A stretch of 64,000 nucleotides of DNA from Gemmatimonas sp. (GTDB taxonomy: Bacteria; Gemmatimonadota; Gemmatimonadetes; Gemmatimonadales; Gemmatimonadaceae), in contig JANNVQ010000041.1 of the NCBI GenBank assembly GCA_031414535.1, positions 1-64,000 of the forward strand. The letters run 5' to 3'. Each line of letters starts with the position of its first letter. The stretch's first letter is position 1. The notes under the pieces were generated by a model. It did not search any database and had not been told where the DNA came from. It worked only from the letters and a program-made list of their open reading frames with translations. The position numbers and the translations under genes were made by a program. Positions 57,465-64,000 of the stretch are shown one piece after another.

Positions 57465-57488
57465 GGACGGATGACGGAAGACGAATGC
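57465..57488 (+). repeat. Heptamer element copy
   Basis: GGACGGA TGACGGA AGACGAA TGC, starting 6 nt after the rpsA stop. Confidence 0.85.
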
Positions 57489-57490
57489 AA

Positions 57491-57531
57491 ACAGCGCCCC
57501 GGTTGAGCTTAGGCTCGGCCGGGGCGTTTGT
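57491..57531 (+). terminator. Probable terminator after rpsA
   Basis: GCGCCCCGGTTGAGC-ttag-GCTCGGCCGGGGCGT followed by TTGT. Confidence 0.7.
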
Positions 57532-57670
57532 CATACTGAGGGCTTAGCACGAAAACCACCCATTCGTGCGATGTGGAGATCCGGCGCCCACCGCGAGGCT
57601 TAGTTGCAGTCCTCCAGCGCGGTCCCGCGCTGCACGTGATTGCTTGGCTTCTCGGTCCCAGGACTTCGAT

Positions 57671-58549
57671 ATGCAGTACACCACTCGCTCTCTCCTCGCG
57701 CTGACGCTCGTTCTCGCGGCATGTACGGACGGCGGCTCCATCACCGGCGCAGACGCAAGCGCCAGCGTGCGGTCCTCCATGCAGTCGGCACAGTCCAGCG
57801 ATTTCGCCGTGCTCGCGAACGCGGCCGCCACCTGCACAAACGGCACGATTCTCGGTGACGTCGGCACCAATCAGGCGACACCCACGGGCTCGTTCACGCA
57901 GACCGTTTGCCCCGTGACCGGTTCCATCCACATCGGTGATGGCGCCGCGCAGGGTGCCTATGCCTCGTTCCTCGCTTCCTACGCCGCCCTCGCGCCAGTT
58001 GCTGGCGAGAGCTGCACGATGTTGACCGGCACCTTGGCCGGCGTCACGCTGGCTCCTGGCACGTACTGCTTTGATGCCGCCGCCGCACTCACGGGCACGC
58101 TGACCCTCGACGGGCCCAGCAACGGCACGTGGATCTTTAAGATCGGCACCAGCGGCACCGGTGCGCTGACCGGCACGAACTTCAACGTTGTGCTCGCCAA
58201 CGGCGCCAATGCCTGCAACGTGACCTGGTGGGTGTCGCAGGCCGCGACGCTGACGACCTCGAACTTCCAGGGCAGCATCTGGGCCGGCGCTGCGATCACC
58301 CTCACGGGTGGGAGCTTCAACGGCAACGTCTGGTCGATGGCTGACGTGACGATCACGGGCACCGCGTTGGTTGGTTGCGGTGGCAGCACACCGGGCAACG
58401 GCAACGGTGGAAACAATGGCAGCAAGTGCAACCAAGGCGTCGGCAACGGCCCCGAGGGTTGCGATCCGGGGAAGTCGAATCGCCGGAACCCTTCGAATGA
58501 CGAACTCGGCGGACTGCCGGGCGAGCCGGGCCGGAAGGGCGGTCGCTAA
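57671..58549 (+). CDS. DUF3494 (ice-binding-like) lipoprotein
   Basis: Lipobox LAAC; FAVLA, GDVG, TLAPGTYC, GTLTLDG, WIFKIG, V.L.NGA.ACNV.W.V..AATL, F.G.I.A; Thr-rich. Confidence 0.88.
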   Translation: MQYTTRSLLALTLVLAACTDGGSITGADASASVRSSMQSAQSSDFAVLANAAATCTNGTILGDVGTNQATPTGSFTQTVCPVTGSIHIGDGAAQGAYASFLASYAALAPVAGESCTMLTGTLAGVTLAPGTYCFDAAAALTGTLTLDGPSNGTWIFKIGTSGTGALTGTNFNVVLANGANACNVTWWVSQAATLTTSNFQGSIWAGAAITLTGGSFNGNVWSMADVTITGTALVGCGGSTPGNGNGGNNGSKCNQGVGNGPEGCDPGKSNRRNPSNDELGGLPGEPGRKGGR

Positions 58550-58569
58550 GCTCCCGAACGTAAAGTGGG

Positions 58570-58608
58570 GACGTGTCGCCGCCGAGTGTTGCTCGGTGGC
58601 GACACGTC
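58570..58608. terminator. GC-rich hairpin, probable terminator
   Basis: GACGTGTCGCCGCCGAGT-gtt-GCTCGGTGGCGACACGTC; weak U-tract. Confidence 0.55.
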
Positions 58609-58649
58609 TTGCGCTGTCAGCGGCCGCGCGCAAACGCTAGTTTTGGCGC

Positions 58650-60200
58650 ATGTCCATGCGCGAAAAACTCGATCTCCTTGCCCAACGCCGCGCCGAGTCC
58701 GAGCTCGGCGGCGGGGCCGACCGCCTGAAGGCCCAGCACGCGAAGGGCAAGCTGTCCGCCCGCGAGCGCCTTGAGGCTCTCCTCGACGAAGGCAGCTTCG
58801 TCGAACTCGACCGCTTTGTGACGCACCGGAGCAATGACTTCGGCCTCGACAAGCAGCGCCCTTACGGCGACGGGGTGGTCACCGGCTACGGCAAGATCCA
58901 CGGCCGCCTCGTCTATGTGTTCTCGCAGGACTTCACTGTGTTCGGTGGGTCGCTGTCCGAGGCCCATGCCTCCAAAATCTGCAAGGTGATGGATCTCGCG
59001 GTGCAGAACGGCGCCCCGATGATTGGCCTCAACGACTCCGGCGGCGCCCGCATTCAGGAAGGCGTGGTCTCGCTCGGCGGCTACGCCGAGATCTTCTACC
59101 GCAACACGATGGCCAGCGGCGTGATCCCGCAGATCTCGGCCATCCTCGGACCCTGCGCCGGCGGGGCCGTGTACTCGCCAGCCATCACGGACTTCGTGTA
59201 CATGGTGCGCGGCACGTCGTACATGTTCGTGACGGGCCCGAACGTGGTGAAGACGGTCACGCACGAAGACGTGACCATGGAACAGCTCGGCGGTGCGGAC
59301 ACGCACGGCGGCGCGAGCGGTGTCTCGCACTTCACGGCGGGTACGGAGATTGAGTGCCTCGACGGCATCCGCACGCTGATGCGCTTCATCCCGAGCAACA
59401 ACGTGGATGCAGCACCTCGCGGAGTCGGGGCAGACCCCCGCGACCGCCGCGACGAGGCCTTGCTCGACGTCATTCCGGACTCCGCGAATAAGCCCTACGA
59501 CATTCACGACGTCCTCAAGCGCGTCGTTGACGACGGCGAGTTCCTCGAAGTGCATCGGGACTTCGCGGCGAATATCGTCTGCGGCTTTGCGCACTTGGGT
59601 GGACACTCCGTGGGCATCATCGCCAATCAGCCGGCCGTGCTCGCCGGTGTGCTCGATATCAACGCCAGCGTAAAAGCCGCGCGCTTCATCCGCTTCTGCG
59701 ATGCCTTCAACATTCCGATTGTCACTTTCGAGGATGTGCCCGGCTTCTTGCCAGGAGTCGCCCAGGAGCACGGCGGCATCATTCGCCACGGCGCCAAGCT
59801 GCTCTATGCCTACTGCGAGGCCACGGTGCCCAAGCTCACCGTGATCACGCGCAAGGCCTACGGCGGCGCGTATGACGTGATGAGCTCCAAGCACATTCGC
59901 GGTGACATTAATCTCGCTTGGCCCACGGCAGAGATCGCGGTGATGGGGCCGAAGGGCGCGGTGGAGATCCTGTTCAAGAAGGAAATCGCCGACGCCAAGG
60001 ACCCGCAGGCCGCGATGGATGCGCGCGTAGCGGAGTACACGGACAAGTTTGCGAATCCCTACGTGGCGGCGGCGCACGGCTACGTGGACGACATCATCGA
60101 TCCGCGGGACACGCGTCCGCGCTTGATTGATGCGCTCGATATGCTACAGGGCAAGCGGGCCAAGGTGCCGGCCAAGAAGCACGGCTGCATTCCACTATGA
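58650..60200 (+). CDS. pccB: Acyl-CoA (propionyl-CoA-type) carboxylase carboxyltransferase subunit
   Basis: [55 protein letters not shown]. Confidence 0.93.
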   Translation: MSMREKLDLLAQRRAESELGGGADRLKAQHAKGKLSARERLEALLDEGSFVELDRFVTHRSNDFGLDKQRPYGDGVVTGYGKIHGRLVYVFSQDFTVFGGSLSEAHASKICKVMDLAVQNGAPMIGLNDSGGARIQEGVVSLGGYAEIFYRNTMASGVIPQISAILGPCAGGAVYSPAITDFVYMVRGTSYMFVTGPNVVKTVTHEDVTMEQLGGADTHGGASGVSHFTAGTEIECLDGIRTLMRFIPSNNVDAAPRGVGADPRDRRDEALLDVIPDSANKPYDIHDVLKRVVDDGEFLEVHRDFAANIVCGFAHLGGHSVGIIANQPAVLAGVLDINASVKAARFIRFCDAFNIPIVTFEDVPGFLPGVAQEHGGIIRHGAKLLYAYCEATVPKLTVITRKAYGGAYDVMSSKHIRGDINLAWPTAEIAVMGPKGAVEILFKKEIADAKDPQAAMDARVAEYTDKFANPYVAAAHGYVDDIIDPRDTRPRLIDALDMLQGKRAKVPAKKHGCIPL

Positions 60201-61774
60201 GCAAATCCCCTTCGGTGCGCGAACTCAAGAAAGTCCTCATCGCGAACCGCGGCGAAATTGCGCTGCGCATCATTCGCGCCTGCCGTGAACTCGGCATCGC
60301 GAGCGTGGCGGTGTACTCCGATGCTGATGCGGGCGCGCCGCACGTTCGCGCCGCCGACGAAGCGGTGAACATTGGTCCCGCGCCTGCGAGCGAGAGCTAC
60401 CTTCGCGGCGATCGTATCATCGAAGTGGCGAAGCGCGTTGGCGCGCAGGCCATTCATCCGGGCTACGGATTCCTTTCCGAGCGCGAGTGGTTCGCCAAGG
60501 CGGTCGAAGATGCGGGCCTGATTTGGATTGGCCCGCCATCCACGGCCATCGCCGCGATGGGGTCCAAGACCGCGGCACGCACGCTCGCCATCGCGGCCGG
60601 TACGCCAGTAGTGCCGGGAACCACGAAGGCACTCACAGACTCGAAGGAGGCTGAGAAGATTGCACTTGAGTTTGGTCTACCCGTGTTGCTTAAGGCCGCG
60701 GCGGGTGGTGGTGGCAAGGGCATGCGCGTCGTGCGCGAGGTTGGCGAGGTCGCCAATGCGCTAGCCTCGGCGCAGCGTGAAGCGAAGAATGCCTTCGGCG
60801 ATGACGCCGTGTACATCGAGAAGTACATCGAAGGCCCGCGGCATGTGGAGATCCAGGTACTCGCGGACCAGTACGGCCACTGCATCTCACTCGGTGAGCG
60901 CGAGTGCAGCATTCAGCGCCGCCATCAGAAGATGGTCGAGGAGGCGCCGAGCGTTGCCGTGAGCCCCGAGTTGCGGAAGCGCATGGGCGCAGCCGCCGTG
61001 GCCGCCGCCAAGGCGGCGGGCTACGTGAGCGCAGGCACCTGCGAGTTTCTGCTCGCCAAGAACGGTGAGTTCTATTTTCTCGAGATGAACACGCGCATCC
61101 AGGTTGAGCATCCGGTCACGGAGCTCGTGATGGGTGTTGACCTCGTGCAATGGCAGCTTCGGATCGCACGCGGAGAGGTGTTGACGCTCACGGATACGCC
61201 AGCGCCCAATGGTTGGGCCATCGAGTGCCGCATCACGAGCGAGGATCCGGCCAACGGATTCCTGCCGAGCACGGGGCGCATCACGCACCTGCAGTTGCCG
61301 GCGGGGCCGGGCGTGCGCTGGGATGGCGGCATCACCACGGGTTCTGTGGTTGGACTGAACTACGATCCGATGCTCGCCAAGCTCATCGTGCATGCGCCCA
61401 CGCGTGAACTCGCGATTCAGCGCATGGAGCGCGCGCTGCGTGAGTTGGTGATCACTGGCGTGGAGACCTCGCGGGAGTTTCATCTGCGCGTGATGGCGGA
61501 CGAGGATTATCGCAGCGGCAACGTGACCATTCAGTGGCTTGAAGCCAAGCTGCCGGAGATTCTCGCGCGAAAGCCATCAGCGGAGACCACGCTCGCTGCA
61601 GCGATTGCCGGCGCCTTGCTCGCGCAGCGTGATCGTGCGGGGCGTCCCGGAACGGGTGTTGCCGCCGCAGCACAAGGTGGCCAGGGCAGTGCGGCCGCCA
61701 CGCCCACGGGCAGCGATCCGTCCCGAAGCTCGTGGGCCGCTCTCGCGCGCCGCGAAGGCCTCAGGAACTCGTGA
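60197..61774 (+). CDS. accC: Biotin carboxylase subunit
   Basis: [47 protein letters not shown]; no biotinyl domain. Confidence 0.92.
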   Translation: MSKSPSVRELKKVLIANRGEIALRIIRACRELGIASVAVYSDADAGAPHVRAADEAVNIGPAPASESYLRGDRIIEVAKRVGAQAIHPGYGFLSEREWFAKAVEDAGLIWIGPPSTAIAAMGSKTAARTLAIAAGTPVVPGTTKALTDSKEAEKIALEFGLPVLLKAAAGGGGKGMRVVREVGEVANALASAQREAKNAFGDDAVYIEKYIEGPRHVEIQVLADQYGHCISLGERECSIQRRHQKMVEEAPSVAVSPELRKRMGAAAVAAAKAAGYVSAGTCEFLLAKNGEFYFLEMNTRIQVEHPVTELVMGVDLVQWQLRIARGEVLTLTDTPAPNGWAIECRITSEDPANGFLPSTGRITHLQLPAGPGVRWDGGITTGSVVGLNYDPMLAKLIVHAPTRELAIQRMERALRELVITGVETSREFHLRVMADEDYRSGNVTIQWLEAKLPEILARKPSAETTLAAAIAGALLAQRDRAGRPGTGVAAAAQGGQGSAAATPTGSDPSRSSWAALARREGLRNS

Positions 61775-63003
61775 GTCTCGCCAGCATCGAGGTCAGTTCG
61801 CTCTCCGCAGGCGGCGATGGCGTCGGACGGCAAGACGGCCTCGTGGTGTTCACCCCGCGCACCGCACCGGGTGACAAGGTGCTCGTCGAGCTCGACGTGC
61901 AGGGACGCATTGGCCGTGGGAAACTGAAGAAGCTCGAACGCGCCGGTGCCGCCCGCATTGCGTCGAGCTGCCCGCACTACGAAGCCCCGGACCGCTGCGG
62001 TGGCTGCCAGTGGCAACACGTGGACATCACGGCGCAACGCGATGCGAAGCGCACCATGGTGCGCGATGCCTTTCAGCGCATCGCCAAGCGCGATGTGTCC
62101 ATGCCCAGCATCGTGGCTGGAGAAGAGTGGCGGTACCGACGCTCCCTAACGCTGGCGATCCGTCGCGCTGAGGATGGATCGTTCACGGCGGGCATGCGCG
62201 CGTATGACGATCCCGAGGCGGTGTTCGATCTCCAAGACTGTCTGATTACCGCACCTGCCGTGCTCGACGCGTGGAGAGAAGTGATGGCGGCCGCGGAGCA
62301 TTTGCCGCGCGAGGGCCGTCTGCGCGGCACCATGCGCGTGATCAATGAGCACGCCTACTTCACGCTCGAGGGCGGGAAGGACTGGGGCACGCTCGCCTCG
62401 TTTCTCGACGACGCGCCCGGTTTGAGTGCCGTGTGGTGGCACGCTGAGGGCAAGCGCCGCCGACTCGTGGCGGATCGTCGCCCTGTTGCTGAGCCGGGTG
62501 CGAGCTTCGCGCAGGTCAATCCTGAAATCGCCGAGCTCATGCAGGCCTCGGTGGTGGATCGCGTCATGGAGCACGCGCCGAAGCGCGTCATTGATGCCTT
62601 CAGTGGATCTGGCGACACGGCCGTCGCGCTCGCGAGGCTGGGTGCAACGGTTATTGCCATCGAAGCTGATGAGGAAGCGACAGCATACGCAGCAACACGA
62701 CTCGCTGAGCCCTCGCGCGCGATCGCGGCGCGCGTGGAGGATGTCATTGCGGCGAACCTTCCAGCCGATGTGGTGATCCTTAATCCGCCCCGGGCTGGTG
62801 TGGACGCGAAGGTCACTGCGGCAATCCTCAATGCGTCACGCCCGCCCAAGGCTATCATCTACGTGAGTTGTGATCCCGCGACGCTCGCCCGCGACGTCGG
62901 TCGGCTCCCGGGCTGGACCGTGCATTTTATGGAGTGTTTCGACCTCTTCCCGCAGACCTCGCACGTCGAGACCGTCTGCGAGCTGCGACCGGAGAACGGA
63001 TGA
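61771..63003 (+). CDS. RlmD/TrmA-family m5U RNA methyltransferase
   Basis: TRAM domain, CPHY...CGGCQWQH, SFAQVN, NPPRAG, YVSCDPATLARD, DLFPQTSHVE; GTG 61771. Confidence 0.92.
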   Translation: MSLASIEVSSLSAGGDGVGRQDGLVVFTPRTAPGDKVLVELDVQGRIGRGKLKKLERAGAARIASSCPHYEAPDRCGGCQWQHVDITAQRDAKRTMVRDAFQRIAKRDVSMPSIVAGEEWRYRRSLTLAIRRAEDGSFTAGMRAYDDPEAVFDLQDCLITAPAVLDAWREVMAAAEHLPREGRLRGTMRVINEHAYFTLEGGKDWGTLASFLDDAPGLSAVWWHAEGKRRRLVADRRPVAEPGASFAQVNPEIAELMQASVVDRVMEHAPKRVIDAFSGSGDTAVALARLGATVIAIEADEEATAYAATRLAEPSRAIAARVEDVIAANLPADVVILNPPRAGVDAKVTAAILNASRPPKAIIYVSCDPATLARDVGRLPGWTVHFMECFDLFPQTSHVETVCELRPENG

Positions 63004-63500
63004 AGTTCATCGTGGAGATTGGTGGCGAACGCCATGAGGTGGAACTTGAGGATGGCCGCGCCGAGGTCGGCGGGCAGGCCACGACAGCCGCGCTGCTCGA
63101 AGTCGCGGGGTCGCCCGTGCATGTGGTCACCGTTGGCGGCAAGCAGTACCAAGCGGTGGTGAAGCGCGAGGGCCCCAAGGGCAGCTATGTGCTGTGGATG
63201 GACGGCTGGCGCTTTGAAATCGATGCGCTTGATGCCCGCGCTCGGGCGATCCGGGATTTGAGCGCGGCAGCGGCCGGTGCGCAGGGGCCAGCGCCGATTG
63301 TGGCGCCCATGCCCGGCCTCATTGTCCGCCTACACGTGCAGGTTGGAGATCAGGTGGCAGCCGACCAACCCGTGGTCGTGATGGAGGCGATGAAGATGGA
63401 AAATGAACTGCGCGCCAAGGCAGCGGGTCGTGTGAAGGTCATTCACGCGCAACCTGGAAAGGCGGTCGAGAAGGGGACCGTGCTCGTGGAGCTCGAGTAG
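63000..63500 (+). CDS. Biotin carboxyl carrier protein (BT plus biotinyl domain)
   Basis: APMPG, EAMKMENE; ATG 63000 overlaps the upstream stop. Confidence 0.95.
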   Translation: MKFIVEIGGERHEVELEDGRAEVGGQATTAALLEVAGSPVHVVTVGGKQYQAVVKREGPKGSYVLWMDGWRFEIDALDARARAIRDLSAAAAGAQGPAPIVAPMPGLIVRLHVQVGDQVAADQPVVVMEAMKMENELRAKAAGRVKVIHAQPGKAVEKGTVLVELE

Positions 63501-63508
63501 GCGTCGGC

Positions 63509-63637
63509 TCAGGGCCCAAAGCCTGGGGGTGCCTTCTCGTTCTCGGGAGTCTGCATGACCTTCCAGAAGCACCAGAGGGTGCCGAACCAAACCAACACGA
63601 GCGAGGAAATCATTGTAATCCAACCAGCGACCGTCAT
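63509..63637 (-). CDS. 42-aa single-TM protein (resembles MetS-type NSS transporter small subunits)
   Basis: GGAG SD, then MTVAGWITMISSLVLVWFGTLWCFWKVMQTPENEKAPPGFGP. Confidence 0.6.
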   Translation of the reverse strand: MTVAGWITMISSLVLVWFGTLWCFWKVMQTPENEKAPPGFGP

Positions 63638-63819
63638 GTGCACTCCGAAGGGTGTGTGCGACGCAGAACTGCGGGTGGAAGCTGTGCTAGTGTACACCGT
63701 TGCGCCAGCCCGTACTTAAATAGGAAGGAAACGGCACTGCGTGGTCCTCCGCCCGCGAGCATCGCTGCGCCGCGAGGTGGGAGTAGGCCCGGCGCCACCG
63801 AGTGAGCCGACCCCACCGG

Positions 63820-63848
63820 TTGACCTAACCCCAATCCCCGTCTATCTT
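63820..63848 (+). promoter_or_regulatory. Sigma70-type promoter of rplM
   Basis: TTGACC-17 nt-TATCTT. Confidence 0.7.
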
Positions 63849-63940
63849 TGGGGACTGTCCCAAAAACCCTTAACTGGGTGCCAAGACCCGGGTTGCATTC
63901 CGCACCGGTGAGGCGTTCGACCTCTTCAGTTCGTATTCAC

Positions 63941-64000
63941 ATGCGTAGCACGTACACGGCCACCCCCGACGACATTGAATCCAAGTGGTTCATTGTTGAC
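63941..64000 (+). CDS. rplM: 50S ribosomal protein L13 (5' partial)
   Basis: MRSTYTATPDDIESKWFIVD matches the L13 N-terminus (T....P..I...W.VVD). Confidence 0.88.
   Translation, partial: MRSTYTATPDDIESKWFIVD

Noticed and set aside
57540..57670. Riboswitch upstream of the DUF3494 gene
   Set aside because: Only small hairpins; I could not match c-di-GMP or other aptamer consensus by eye. An Rfam scan would settle it.
63850..63940. L13 ribosomal leader
   Set aside because: Plausible by position, but I could not establish a convincing structure or motif from this sequence alone.

Overview
GC-rich bacterial chromosome segment, most likely Gemmatimonadota (inferred from gene order and protein style, not tested). 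It is almost entirely core genome, with nearly all genes on the + strand. Gene order: dprA, hemW-hrcA-dnaJ-prmA-rsmE-hinT, rpsU-yqeY-mutS2-dnaG-(Zn-ribbon)-recJ-rsmD-coaD-(STAS/anti-sigma kinase/PP2C)-rsmA, rex, infC-rpmI-rplT-pheST-zapB-like/zapA, an inverted PAS hybrid kinase, a probable 6S RNA, rny-folD-xseAB-ispA-dxs-nadK-recN, a small accessory block, tRNA-Leu and tRNA-Gly, a lysine (dap) cluster with aroA-cmk, a ClC, rpsA, a DUF3494 ice-binding-type lipoprotein, an acyl-CoA carboxylase cluster and the start of rplM. I saw no transposase, integrase, prophage or CRISPR array. The non-coding layer is the most interesting part. (1) A candidate oriC at dprA/hemW, with an AT-rich spacer and DnaA boxes lying inside both flanking coding sequences. 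(2) A dispersed heptamer element, GGACGGA(TGACGGA)nTGC, in 10 copies, plus related 7/8/14-mer families. Most copies follow a polarity rule: the purine arm follows stop codons and the pyrimidine arm precedes start codons. They sometimes occur as paired inverted arms. (3) An L20-leader-like attenuator and an ATC start for infC. (4) An unexplained G-U-containing 68-nt hairpin upstream of rpsU. All calls are by eye, and no database searches were run.
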